This document shows positions 38,185 through 48,200 of a DNA stretch of 64,000 nucleotides, piece after piece. The notes under the pieces are model-generated. The model saw nothing but the letters and a program-made list of their open reading frames with translations. It made no database searches and was not told the origin of the DNA. This stretch comes from an uncultured Bdellovibrio sp. (lineage in GTDB: Bacteria; Bdellovibrionota; Bdellovibrionia; Bdellovibrionales; Bdellovibrionaceae): positions 256,001 to 320,000 of the forward strand of contig CAWVRN010000002.1 in NCBI GenBank assembly GCA_963932905.1, in the 5' to 3' direction. Each line of letters starts with the position of its first letter. Positions within the stretch are counted from its first letter, which is position 1. Position numbers and translations under genes: made by a program.

Positions 38185-38650
38185 TGCTTTAGTCTTCTTT
38201 GGCACGATCAATGTCAAAGCTTGGGAAATCGATATGTCTCGAAGACAGCTTGAATTTTCTGAAGTGAAAGAAGTCGATCAGTCAGCGAAAAATTTAAACA
38301 CGACAGAAACGACAAGTGTATTTGAATCTATGTTCGAGTCGACGGGTGCAACTCAAGATATCGTTATCTTGAATACTGAAAAAGGTTTTGTGCCGGAAAC
38401 AATTACGCTTAGAAAAAACAATGTGTATCGTTTTCATGTTGTGAATGTGAACGAGAAAAATAAAAATATTAGCTTTAAGTTTGATGCTTTCGCAGAAAAC
38501 CATAATACGATTTTTGGTAAACCCAAAGTTTTCCAAGTTCAACCCAAACAAGATGGCATTTTTAGTTTCCACTGTCCCGAGACAGAACTAAAAGGCAAAG
38601 TCGTAATTATTAATTCTGACAGTCGAGGCCTCGCAACTAGCGGAAAGTAA
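38144..38650 (+). CDS. Secreted cupredoxin-fold protein
   Basis: Signal peptide; GFVPETITL...GIFSFHCP...KGKVVI cupredoxin pattern with an incomplete Cu ligand set. Confidence 0.7.
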   Translation: MNSVSIKIVRIFTSALVFFGTINVKAWEIDMSRRQLEFSEVKEVDQSAKNLNTTETTSVFESMFESTGATQDIVILNTEKGFVPETITLRKNNVYRFHVVNVNEKNKNISFKFDAFAENHNTIFGKPKVFQVQPKQDGIFSFHCPETELKGKVVIINSDSRGLATSGK

Positions 38651-38659
38651 GGAAAAACT

Positions 38660-39760
38660 GTGTCAACCATTAGCAGCGTTTTCGATGATGCAATTAAACA
38701 GAACATGTCCGTTATATGGCCGTTCATGGAAGATCCGCAAGTGTCGGAAATATTAATCAACGGTCCTGAAGAAATTTTCGTGGAAAAAAAAGGAAAACTA
38801 GAACGTGTTCCTGCGCGTTTTCAGGATGACGATGTGTTGTTAGCTGCGGTTAATTCCATTGCTCAAAGTGTTGGTCGTCGTATCAACGAAGAAAATCCCA
38901 GATTAGATGCTCGTTTAAAAAATGGCTCGCGTATAGCGGCCGTAATTAAACCGTGTTCACTCAAAGGCACGATTGTCAGTATTCGTAAATTCACTCAAGC
39001 TAAAATTTCTTGGAACGACTATGTGAAGCTAGCTTTGTCACCCAAAGGTGCATTGTTTCTAGCGATCTGCATGCGTTTGGGAAAAAATATTATCGTCAGT
39101 GGTGGAACTGGATCAGGAAAAACAACATTGCTCACTTTGCTATGCGGTCACATTCCCCCAGGTCAACGTATTATCTGTATTGAAGATTCGAATGAATTAA
39201 AAATTAACTATGAACACGTCGTTTTCTTTGAAACTCGCCAGGCCGATGCTCAAGGCAAAGGTGAAGTTTCGATGAAGGATCTGTTAAAATCATCACTGCG
39301 TTTGCGACCAGATCGCATTATCGTGGGTGAGGTTCGTGCATCTGAAGCGATCGAGTTGATCAACGCCATGAACACTGGCCACAAAGGTTGCATGGGAACT
39401 GTGCATGCGAACACTCCCGATGACGCTATCATCCGTTTGGAAGCCCTTGCTCAAAGCGGCGAGGCGCAAATCAGCGAGAAGGCACTGCGTTCGCAAGTGT
39501 CATCTGCGGTCGACATCATCGTCCAGGTGAGCCGCTTGTCTGACGGTTCTCGCCGAGTGACTGAGATCAGCCAAGTGCGTGGTTTTTTGCCAGATGGATC
39601 TTATAACGTAGTGCCATTGTTCAAGATTCCGCGTCTTGTTAAGAAGGGCGACAAGCTGGAAGGGACGCTGGAACCGACCCAAAATAAGCCCTCTTTCTTT
39701 GGTGAGATTGTCGACAACAACCTGTTATTCGATAAAGATCTATTCGTGCCTACCAAATAG
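38660..39760 (+). CDS. tadA: CpaF/TadA-family pilus assembly ATPase
   Basis: SEILING, GGTGSGKTT, LRLRPDRIIVGEVR, MNTGH..GTVHAN. Confidence 0.88.
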   Translation: MSTISSVFDDAIKQNMSVIWPFMEDPQVSEILINGPEEIFVEKKGKLERVPARFQDDDVLLAAVNSIAQSVGRRINEENPRLDARLKNGSRIAAVIKPCSLKGTIVSIRKFTQAKISWNDYVKLALSPKGALFLAICMRLGKNIIVSGGTGSGKTTLLTLLCGHIPPGQRIICIEDSNELKINYEHVVFFETRQADAQGKGEVSMKDLLKSSLRLRPDRIIVGEVRASEAIELINAMNTGHKGCMGTVHANTPDDAIIRLEALAQSGEAQISEKALRSQVSSAVDIIVQVSRLSDGSRRVTEISQVRGFLPDGSYNVVPLFKIPRLVKKGDKLEGTLEPTQNKPSFFGEIVDNNLLFDKDLFVPTK

Positions 39761-39842
39761 GCTGTATTTGAATTGCGTTAAGAAGATAGAAAATTTAAGA
39801 AATCCTATAGACTTAGCCTAGGTCGGCAGATTAAATACCCGT

Positions 39843-40814
39843 GTGTTATTTAGCTGTAAAATATCCAATGCATTTATTAAATATCTCGAGAACAGAAATG
39901 AAGATTTATCTTTCGTTTATGATTCTTCGGATTTTCCGATCGATCTTTTGCAAGATCCATCAGCTTGGATGTCAGCGCCTGATTTAGAATTCCTAATTTC
40001 TAAAATCGTAAATCAGCCGTTCAAAGAACGAACAATGGATTTAGTCAAAGACGTTGGTCACCAAACGCCAAACTTGCATGCGTGGGGGGTTTTAGACAGC
40101 GTTTTGAAAATGATTTCGCATCCTCGTGAAGTATTTAATCAGCCCGATCGTTTTATTTCTTATTTCATTTCGCCCGAGCCACCGATTGAAAATCTGGTTC
40201 GCACGAGTCATTCGATTGCATTTGATTTGCCGCTCATTGCTGAGCAATATCCACTTGTTTCAAAATACTTGATGTCCGCGTTTGAGGCGTTGCCTTTATA
40301 CACAGGCAAATCATTGGGGCAGTGCTCGTGGCAGCATATTCATGTTAAAATCAACTGGCCAAGTGAAAGTGAAACGCTAGTTAAGAGCGATGCTCAGGCT
40401 GCGCACTTAAGCCCAACGTTCTTACAAAATATCATCGAAGAGCTTCAAACGAATCAGAAAAACTTAGAAGAAAAAAATCGCGAGTTGATGCAAAAGAACG
40501 TGCAACTTCTATCTGCGCAGAAAGAACTGAATAAAAACAATCCCGTATCTGCGACTGACATCGAACAAATTCAATTAAAAATATACGTCAATAATGATTT
40601 AGATTTAAATCAAATTAGCCAGAACTTGGCTCGCTTACATGACTACATGGTGCGTGCTCAGCAGTTAATCACAATGTTAACTGGCCAAATTAAAATGAAT
40701 TCTGGAATCAAAGAAATCATGAGAAGGATTGATTGGGATCACGTAAAATCACAATACCCAGTTACGATCTTGGAAAGTATGGAAGCCTTAAGGAAACTAC
40801 AAAAGAAAAATTAA
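39843..40814 (+). CDS. Hypothetical sensor-like domain + coiled-coil protein
   Basis: 323 aa; N-terminal globular region, central coiled coil, no kinase ATPase motifs. Confidence 0.65.
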   Translation: MLFSCKISNAFIKYLENRNEDLSFVYDSSDFPIDLLQDPSAWMSAPDLEFLISKIVNQPFKERTMDLVKDVGHQTPNLHAWGVLDSVLKMISHPREVFNQPDRFISYFISPEPPIENLVRTSHSIAFDLPLIAEQYPLVSKYLMSAFEALPLYTGKSLGQCSWQHIHVKINWPSESETLVKSDAQAAHLSPTFLQNIIEELQTNQKNLEEKNRELMQKNVQLLSAQKELNKNNPVSATDIEQIQLKIYVNNDLDLNQISQNLARLHDYMVRAQQLITMLTGQIKMNSGIKEIMRRIDWDHVKSQYPVTILESMEALRKLQKKN

Positions 40815-40826
40815 TTAGGAGAGCAA

Positions 40827-42098
40827 ATGCCAGTAATTAAAAATGTACATGCCCGAGAAATTCTAGACAGTCGTGGTAATCCAACTGTTGAAGTGGAAGT
40901 GACCACAGAAAACGGATTTATTGCCCGCGCCGCTGTTCCATCAGGTGCTTCGACAGGTGCCCATGAAGCGTGTGAACTTCGCGATGGCGAAAAAAATCGC
41001 TATCAAGGTAAAGGCGTATTGAAAGCCGTGGCTCATGTGAAAGAAAGAATCGCTCCCGAATTACTTGGCCTTCACGTTGATGATCAAGTTTACCTAGATA
41101 AATTTTTAAGAGAATTAGATGGCACTGAAAACAAAACAAACTTAGGCGCGAACGCGATTCTTGGGGTTTCGTTGGCGGTGGCGCGTGCGGCGGCGATGGA
41201 ACATGGCATGCCTTTGTATCGCTACATCGGTGGATCACAATCACATAAATTACCTGTGCCTTTGATGAACGTATTGAACGGTGGGGCCCACGCCAATAAC
41301 GGTCTTGATATTCAGGAATTTATGATCGTTCCAACCGTAAAAAATTCGTTTTCTGAATCAGTTCGCGCAGGCTCTGAAATTTTCCACACACTAAAAAAAA
41401 TCTTAAGCAAAAAAGGACTTTCAACCGCAGTTGGTGACGAAGGTGGTTTTGCTCCGGTGTTAAAATCAAATCAAGAAGCAATGGATTTACTGACAGAGGC
41501 AATTTTAGAGGCAGGTTACGAGCCAGGACAAAATGTTTTCCTAGCACTGGATGTGGCGGCTACTGAAATGTACTCAGATGGCAAATACAAATGGGAAAAG
41601 AATTTGATTTCTGCGTCTGAGTTGCAAAATATTTACAAATCTTGGTCAGAAAAATATCCGTTGATCAGTATTGAAGATGGTTTCAGCGAAGACGATTGGT
41701 CGTCATGGCAAGCCAGCACTCAACAATTGGGTTCAACATTACAACTTGTTGGTGATGATTTGTTCGTAACTAATCCAAAACGTTTGAAGCAAGGTATTGA
41801 AAAGAAAACGGCAAATGCATTGCTTGTAAAAGTAAATCAAATCGGAACATTGACTGAAACATCGGAAGCAATTCAGTTAGCTCAGAGAAATAAATATAAA
41901 ACAGTAATGTCACACAGAAGTGGTGAAACAGAAGATTCAATCATCGCGGATTTGGCAGTTGCATTTAACTGTCACCAAATTAAAACAGGAAGTTTGTGCC
42001 GCTCTGATAGAACGGCCAAGTACAATCAACTCCTAAGAATCGAAGAGGAATTAGGAGAAGCGGGTTGGTACTGGGACAAACTCGCTTTCTCAAAGTAA
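40827..42098 (+). CDS. eno: Enolase
   Basis: [34 protein letters not shown]. Confidence 0.98.
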   Translation: MPVIKNVHAREILDSRGNPTVEVEVTTENGFIARAAVPSGASTGAHEACELRDGEKNRYQGKGVLKAVAHVKERIAPELLGLHVDDQVYLDKFLRELDGTENKTNLGANAILGVSLAVARAAAMEHGMPLYRYIGGSQSHKLPVPLMNVLNGGAHANNGLDIQEFMIVPTVKNSFSESVRAGSEIFHTLKKILSKKGLSTAVGDEGGFAPVLKSNQEAMDLLTEAILEAGYEPGQNVFLALDVAATEMYSDGKYKWEKNLISASELQNIYKSWSEKYPLISIEDGFSEDDWSSWQASTQQLGSTLQLVGDDLFVTNPKRLKQGIEKKTANALLVKVNQIGTLTETSEAIQLAQRNKYKTVMSHRSGETEDSIIADLAVAFNCHQIKTGSLCRSDRTAKYNQLLRIEEELGEAGWYWDKLAFSK

Positions 42099-42108
42099 TT
42101 TAAACTGA

Positions 42109-42525
42109 CTACCAGATTTCCAGCGCGTCAATTCCAACATTGCTCAGCGCTGGAAGTTTTTTGTTGATAGGGCTGCATAAGCGACGTTTGTGAAAGAATT
42201 CACCTAACGAATGATATTTAACTGGTTCAGCTCGGAACCATCCATTTAATTGAAATTTCGCCACTTCACCTCTATCAAAAGCAAAACCACGGTATTGATT
42301 TAAGCGATAGCCACGTTTGCCAGCACACGGATTTTTCACATACGTCACTTTGCCAGATGAATATATTTTTTGAATGTTCATCGCAAGGTTATCTAACGCT
42401 TGTTGGTTTTGTATTTCCTGTTGTGATTGAATAGCCTCTGTAGAGAGTTTTTCAGCTCCATCCACTTCCGTTGCAAAAACGCCAGCTGAAAATACTAAGA
42501 TAGATAAGATCAGTTTTGCAGTCAT
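42109..42525 (-). CDS. Secreted hypothetical protein (acidic/Gln-rich pro-like region, cationic two-Cys C-terminus)
   Basis: Signal peptide ending VFA; AAGGA SD. Confidence 0.75.
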   Translation of the reverse strand: MTAKLILSILVFSAGVFATEVDGAEKLSTEAIQSQQEIQNQQALDNLAMNIQKIYSSGKVTYVKNPCAGKRGYRLNQYRGFAFDRGEVAKFQLNGWFRAEPVKYHSLGEFFHKRRLCSPINKKLPALSNVGIDALEIW

Positions 42526-42569
42526 ATTAGGTCCTTTTGTTTTAGATCTTCTTATTCAGGATTTGACGG

Positions 42570-42585
42570 TGCAAAAACTAAACCT
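42570..42585 (-). promoter_or_regulatory. Possible sigma54 promoter
   Basis: Minus strand AGGTTTAGTTTTTGCA = GG-N10-GC. Confidence 0.35.
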
Positions 42586-42711
42586 GGTGTCCGCTTCAAA
42601 TGGTTGGGATTCCAGGTAGTTTCCAAGCCAAAAGGGTCACTTTTCTTGTCTAAAAATTAGTCGATGCAATAAATTCGAAACTCTGCGATACATCAAGCGT
42701 GAGGGGGGGAT

Positions 42712-43437
42712 ATGAGATTCAAATCAGTATTAGTTTTTGCGGTGATATTCTTCGTTGGTTATAGCGCGCTAGCAGACTATCAATGGGGCTTTGCCGATAT
42801 GAGCTTGAATTACCTAGATTGGGATAATGGCACAGAAACTAAATCAACAAAAACTGACTTCACGTACTTGGAATTGGAAGGCGGTGCCCAACATACCTGG
42901 GGTGACCTCTATGGATTTTTCGATATTGAAAATGTGGGCAAAACGGGCGGCGATGTTCGTACTGCTTCTAAAGCCTCTATAAATTTTTATCTGGGTGGTA
43001 CTAAGTTTGGTTTGTATGCGCATCAATACACATTCAGTTCTTTAGGTTTCAGTGAACAAAACCGAGTGATTGGTTTTGGCTATGTATGGTCAGGTAATGG
43101 ATGGTGGTTTAAGCCCTTCCTTGGCTTTCACGATGTTTCTCAAACATTTTATAGCGGTAGCAATGGCTACATGGGTGGTTGGGTTATGGGGTATAATTTT
43201 GAAGTTTTTGGGCAAAAGTTTTTCTTTGCTGACTGGCATGAGATCGAATTTGAACGTGATGTTCGCTATGCCGCCGGCAATGGTGGCAGTCGCCAAGGCA
43301 CGAACGGTGCTTTATCGATTTGGTGGGCTTATAACGTGAATATTTCAGTTGGGCAGCAGTGGCGCTATGCCGCGAATAAATTGGGGACTGCGGGTGATAT
43401 GACGGCTTGGATTTCTACTTTGAAATGGAACTACTAA
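42712..43437 (+). CDS. Tsx/OmpK-family outer-membrane channel
   Basis: YLELEGG..WGDLYGFFD motif; beta-barrel with terminal aromatic residue. Confidence 0.82.
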   Translation: MRFKSVLVFAVIFFVGYSALADYQWGFADMSLNYLDWDNGTETKSTKTDFTYLELEGGAQHTWGDLYGFFDIENVGKTGGDVRTASKASINFYLGGTKFGLYAHQYTFSSLGFSEQNRVIGFGYVWSGNGWWFKPFLGFHDVSQTFYSGSNGYMGGWVMGYNFEVFGQKFFFADWHEIEFERDVRYAAGNGGSRQGTNGALSIWWAYNVNISVGQQWRYAANKLGTAGDMTAWISTLKWNY

Positions 43438-43474
43438 CCCCCGTTTTTTAATTCAGGTTAGGGGTACTTATTTT

Positions 43475-44251
43475 CTAATGAGTTAGCAATGATAGCGAAA
43501 ACAAAGTGGCTGGCCAGGCGGTTAGCCAGATCCAGAAGAAGCGGTTTAGGCCGAAACAGAAATAGACGGCTAGGTGGAAAACTACTGCGAGTGCGAAATA
43601 GAGTTGGCTGGCGTTGGGTGCGAATAATAGCCCGAGTACAGAGAGTTCGAAAATTAAAGTTCCGATTCCAAGGGTAAGGTTAATGGCTTTTTGATTGGCT
43701 AGCTGTGCGGCTGTATTTTGAATGTCTGGGAATAGACTTCTTGATAGAAATGCGGGGATCGCTTGGCCGTTTTGCCATTCTTTGTGTTTTATTTTTGCTA
43801 GGCCGGCTTTGAAATAGGAATACAAAGTGTGGGTAGCTATATAGATCAATCCTATTTTTGTGAATCCTAGGGTGGCTACTATGGTGCCGGTCAGTACTAC
43901 AAATGTCATCATGTCGCTGCCACCGTTAAAGGCGCCTCGGAAACGAATGCAGATGAGTAAGTGAGTTAAAAATAGCCCGGTAAATATCGCTGCATGTGGA
44001 TATAGGGTAGCGGTGCAGGCAAGTAGTATCTGTAGAATCGCTATTTTTTGCAGCGATGATATGGAAAATAGGTTTTCAACCCATTTTTTTTTCAAAGGCA
44101 AACCCTGTTCTAAATCGCATCGTAGGTTATTATAACTCCACACGTATCGAAAATTGGTTTGCCTTGATAGAATAAAAATTTCGATCGCTTGAAATAGCAT
44201 CGTGAATGACAGTAGGCGAGTTGTGATTAATAAACTTGCTTCTAATGTCAT
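43475..44251 (-). CDS. HTTM-domain membrane protein (SdpB/VKGC-like)
   Basis: Multi-TM; FNGGSD, YFKAGLAK...WQNGQA, FHLAVYFCFGLNRF. Confidence 0.75.
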   Translation of the reverse strand: MTLEASLLITTRLLSFTMLFQAIEIFILSRQTNFRYVWSYNNLRCDLEQGLPLKKKWVENLFSISSLQKIAILQILLACTATLYPHAAIFTGLFLTHLLICIRFRGAFNGGSDMMTFVVLTGTIVATLGFTKIGLIYIATHTLYSYFKAGLAKIKHKEWQNGQAIPAFLSRSLFPDIQNTAAQLANQKAINLTLGIGTLIFELSVLGLLFAPNASQLYFALAVVFHLAVYFCFGLNRFFWIWLTAWPATLFSLSLLTH

Positions 44252-44724
44252 GCGATCGCCAGTGGTAATTTTTCTGACGTGTAAATATCTATTTCCTCAT
44301 TTGGATTTTGAGCGACAATTTTAAATTGGAATTCGTTGTGGTGCGGAATTTCGTGTTTTAGTTTCACCCGCAGTAATGAACATAATAGTTGGAATGTCGT
44401 TAAGTTTTCCAAATCAGATTTTTCAAAATTAGGTTTATGCAATTGCAATTCTTGAATGTCGCGGGCAAATTGTTCGACGACACTGGACTGCATAAGTGTG
44501 TCATTCACTTGGTGATTAAAAAATAAGCGTGATGATTTACGGGATTGGGTGAATGATAACTTTTTCCATTCCGTGTCTAGAGACATCTTAAAATAAACGA
44601 CAAAAGAAAACGCAATTTGATCAAAGAAATCCCATCTTGGAAATAAGCTGCGGATTAAGCTTAAGAAAATTGAAAACCGAAACGGCATGGTCCTAAGAAT
44701 CGCACCGATTGCTTTTAAAAGCAT
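44248..44724 (-). CDS. HTTM partner protein (SdpA/DUF5819-like)
   Basis: FPRWDFF motif near the N-terminus; 4-bp overlap with the HTTM gene. Confidence 0.55.
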   Translation of the reverse strand: MLLKAIGAILRTMPFRFSIFLSLIRSLFPRWDFFDQIAFSFVVYFKMSLDTEWKKLSFTQSRKSSRLFFNHQVNDTLMQSSVVEQFARDIQELQLHKPNFEKSDLENLTTFQLLCSLLRVKLKHEIPHHNEFQFKIVAQNPNEEIDIYTSEKLPLAIA

Positions 44725-44781
44725 CAGGCTTAGGTCGAGTCTGAATATTTTTTTTCAATTAATCAGCGTAAACTAACAACT

Positions 44782-45096
44782 ATGTTTATAAAAAAACCGT
44801 TCGCGTGGACTCGCAGTTTAATTAATCGACCTCTTGTAATGCTCTATCTTTGCTTAGCCTTCGCTTTTGTGAACTTTGTCATTAACGGTAATATTTACAG
44901 GCTCTGGAACCTGAACAACGAGTATCAAAAAATGTTACAGAGAATGGAAAAAAATCAAAAGGTTATTGCGCAGCTTAACCAAGACATTGCTAAAATGAAA
45001 GATCCACTTTATATTGAGCGCCAAGCTATTGAAAAACTGGATTTAGTAGAGGAAAACGACCTAATTTTTGTGTTCCCAACAGAGCAAACTAATTAA
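44782..45096 (+). CDS. ftsB: Septum formation initiator (FtsB/DivIC family)
   Basis: TM + coiled coil + DPLYIERQAIEKLDLV..E..FVF. Confidence 0.75.
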   Translation: MFIKKPFAWTRSLINRPLVMLYLCLAFAFVNFVINGNIYRLWNLNNEYQKMLQRMEKNQKVIAQLNQDIAKMKDPLYIERQAIEKLDLVEENDLIFVFPTEQTN

Positions 45097-45226
45097 GAAC
45101 TCTTGAGCTGACAGACGCTTTATGTCGATTAGAATCCTCTATGAAATCTTGATGGAAAATTGGCAAAATTTGACTGGACAATTTGAGTCTAAAAAATTAG
45201 ATATATTACTCTAGACCGGGGGATTT

Positions 45227-45517
45227 GTGAAAATTGAAAAATCTCAGTTTGAATGGACAGCTAATCGTATTCACTCGTTGCGCTTGCGCTTGGGCTGGAG
45301 CAAAAGCGATTTAGCACGCCGCTTAGAGTGCAGCTTGGAAACAGTGAATGCTTGGGAATTAAGTCAGATGAAACCAAATCCTGATCAATTGCCAATGTTA
45401 GAATTTATTGAAAAACAAGCCGAGTATATTTCTCTTGAAGTTCATGTCTGCCCGATTGCAGAAACACAATTAGAAAAATCATCTCGTTCGCAAATTCCTT
45501 TAGACGAAATAATGTAA
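45227..45517 (+). CDS. XRE-family HTH protein
   Basis: LRLRLGWSKSDLARRLECSLETVNAWE. Confidence 0.8.
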   Translation: MKIEKSQFEWTANRIHSLRLRLGWSKSDLARRLECSLETVNAWELSQMKPNPDQLPMLEFIEKQAEYISLEVHVCPIAETQLEKSSRSQIPLDEIM

Positions 45518-45574
45518 TTTCCTAGCGATTAAGCTTTTGCATTATTGGCGCATCCTCACTATTCTGTGCGCCAA

Positions 45575-48157
45575 ATGAAACGTTTATTTTTAGTCGACTC
45601 AAGTTCCCTATTTTTCAGAGCCTTTTATGCCATCCGTCCTTTAACATCCCCAAGCGGACTTCCTGTTAATGCGATCTATGGTTATCTTTCTATGATTTTA
45701 AAATTAATCAAAGATGAACGACCCGATTATTTAGCGTTTTGCTATGATCGTAAAGAGCCAAGTTTCAGAAAAGACATTTATTCCGAATACAAAAGCAATC
45801 GCACGGAAATGCCAGACGATTTGCAAAAGCAAATGCCTCATATTAAAAAAGTATCGGATTTATTAGGAATCAAAGCCTATGAAGTGCCAGGATTCGAGGC
45901 CGACGATATCATCGGTTGTCTAAGTGAGTGGGGATTAACCCAAGATCTTGCCGTGTATATAGTTAGTGGAGATAAAGATTTCGCTCAGCTAGTTAAACCT
46001 AACGTGTTTTTGTACGACACCATGAAGGATACAAAGATTGATGAAAAAGGAGTGATCGAAAAATGGGGAGTCTCTCCTAAACAGTTTATCGATTATTTGG
46101 CGATCGTTGGTGACTCATCTGACAATGTCCCAGGCGTCAAAGGTGTCGGGCCTAAAGGTGCGATTAAGTTGATTGAAGAATACGGTACGTTAGAAAATGT
46201 TTACGAAAATATCGATAAAATTGAAGGTAAATTAAAAATTAAACTAGTCGAAAATAAAGAGAACGCATTTTTGTCTAAAATTCTTGTCACTATAAAAACG
46301 GATTGTATCAGTGATGTAAATTTAGAGGAATTAACATATAAATTAAATAGCAATCCAGAATTAGATGCGTGGCTAGACGAATTGAATTTTAAAACATTCA
46401 AAAAGACTATAGCTGATTTAGCTGGATTGCCACCCATGATTCACACGTCACCTTCAGCCTCGGCAACGACAGTCACCGAGCCTAAAAGTAAAACACCTGC
46501 CGCCCCACCTATTCGTTATGTAAAGCAGGATGAGGCGGTGCAAACGTCGTTAAATATGGATGCCGTTAAGATTATCGTTTCGTCTGCGGATTTAGATCCG
46601 TCGCAAAGTTTCTTCTTTGTGTGGGATGAACAGGTTTATGCTGTCCAAGCTGCCAAAGATTTGGTGAAGCTAAATTTAGATAAGTCTTGGGGGGATCAGT
46701 TTAAGAAATGGTCATGGTCAGGATTTGATTTAAAGAGTGTGTGGAAAAAACTTGGCACTGAACTAGATAGTATCAAGGTTGAATGTGATTTGATGATCGA
46801 CGTAAATACATTAACTTCAAAAGATGCCTCTACTTTTCTGAAGGCAGCCAAAGCCATGGGGCAGGCGGAGTTAACAGAAGAGTCTCCACTGTCGGAAGTT
46901 GTGGCTAGTATTGTTGAAATGCGGTCCTTGGTTACTGCGCAGTTAAAGGAAAACGATTTCGGTTCTGTATTAAGAGACGTTGAATATCCTTTGATTGCGG
47001 TTTTGGCGAAAATTGAAAATGCAGGATTTGTTGTTGATACAAAACAGCTCAGCCAGTACAGCGATGAATTGCAAAAGCAAATCGCTGTTTTGGAAAAAAA
47101 TATTCATGAAGTCGCCGGTGAAGAATTTAATATTGGTAGCCCGAAACAGCTGAGTCAGATTTTATTTCAAAAAATGGGATTAGAATCTTCTAAGAAAACA
47201 AAAACAGGATTTTCAACTGACAATGAAGTCTTAGAAAAACTAAATCATCCAATTGCCTCTTTGATTTTGGATTACCGTGAAATTACCAAATTGAAATCGA
47301 CCTACGTAGATTCATTGCCTAACCAAGTGAATCCAAAAGATCATCGGATTCACACGACATTTTGTCAGGCATTGACGGCGACGGGCCGACTTTCTAGCAA
47401 TAATCCCAACTTGCAAAATATTCCGATTAAGACCGAGCGGGGGCGTCGAGTACGCCAAGCTTTTGTGGCAGGTCCTAATCATAAAATCTTGTCGGTGGAT
47501 TATTCTCAAATTGAGCTACGTATCCTGGCTCACTACAGCAACGATAAAGGTTTAATTCAGGCATTCGAAAGCGACTTAGATATTCACGCGGCGACGGCCA
47601 GTGAAGTGTTCGGTGTTCCGGTCGGCGAAGTCACGAGTGATTTGCGAAGAATTGCTAAAGCGGTTAATTTCGGGATTGCCTACGGGCAAGGGGTTTTTGG
47701 ATTAAGTGAAACACTGGGAATTCCGCGTGCGGAAGCAACTAAAATTATAGCAGACTATTTTACAAAATTTTCGGGTGTGCGGTCCTATATTGATGATACG
47801 ATTAAATATGCTCATGAGAATGGTTTCGTTAAAACACTTCTTGGTAGGAAAAGAATCATTAGTGAACTGAGCGCTAAAAATCCGGCGCTTAAGAAATTTG
47901 GCGAGCGGGCTGCAATCAATGCCCCAATCCAGGGTTCCGCAAGTGATATCGTAAAACTGGCTATGATTAAATTAGATTCAAAAATTAAATCTAAAATGAT
48001 TTTACAAGTACATGACGAATTACTTTTTGAGGCGGACGAGGAGACTCTGGTTAAAGAATTACCATTGATAAAAGATATTATGGAAAATATAGTGGAACTT
48101 AAAGTGCCTTTAAAAGTAAACTCTCAAATTGCATTAAATTGGGACGAAGCACACTAA
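45575..48157 (+). CDS. polA: DNA polymerase I
   Basis: 5'-3' exo motifs (EADD, GDKD, GDSSDN), DYSQIELR, KAVNFGIAYG, QVHDEL. Confidence 0.97.
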   Translation: MKRLFLVDSSSLFFRAFYAIRPLTSPSGLPVNAIYGYLSMILKLIKDERPDYLAFCYDRKEPSFRKDIYSEYKSNRTEMPDDLQKQMPHIKKVSDLLGIKAYEVPGFEADDIIGCLSEWGLTQDLAVYIVSGDKDFAQLVKPNVFLYDTMKDTKIDEKGVIEKWGVSPKQFIDYLAIVGDSSDNVPGVKGVGPKGAIKLIEEYGTLENVYENIDKIEGKLKIKLVENKENAFLSKILVTIKTDCISDVNLEELTYKLNSNPELDAWLDELNFKTFKKTIADLAGLPPMIHTSPSASATTVTEPKSKTPAAPPIRYVKQDEAVQTSLNMDAVKIIVSSADLDPSQSFFFVWDEQVYAVQAAKDLVKLNLDKSWGDQFKKWSWSGFDLKSVWKKLGTELDSIKVECDLMIDVNTLTSKDASTFLKAAKAMGQAELTEESPLSEVVASIVEMRSLVTAQLKENDFGSVLRDVEYPLIAVLAKIENAGFVVDTKQLSQYSDELQKQIAVLEKNIHEVAGEEFNIGSPKQLSQILFQKMGLESSKKTKTGFSTDNEVLEKLNHPIASLILDYREITKLKSTYVDSLPNQVNPKDHRIHTTFCQALTATGRLSSNNPNLQNIPIKTERGRRVRQAFVAGPNHKILSVDYSQIELRILAHYSNDKGLIQAFESDLDIHAATASEVFGVPVGEVTSDLRRIAKAVNFGIAYGQGVFGLSETLGIPRAEATKIIADYFTKFSGVRSYIDDTIKYAHENGFVKTLLGRKRIISELSAKNPALKKFGERAAINAPIQGSASDIVKLAMIKLDSKIKSKMILQVHDELLFEADEETLVKELPLIKDIMENIVELKVPLKVNSQIALNWDEAH

Positions 48158-48200
48158 CCTGGCCTAGATATTTTCGTTTTAATAGGATAAGATAGAGCTA

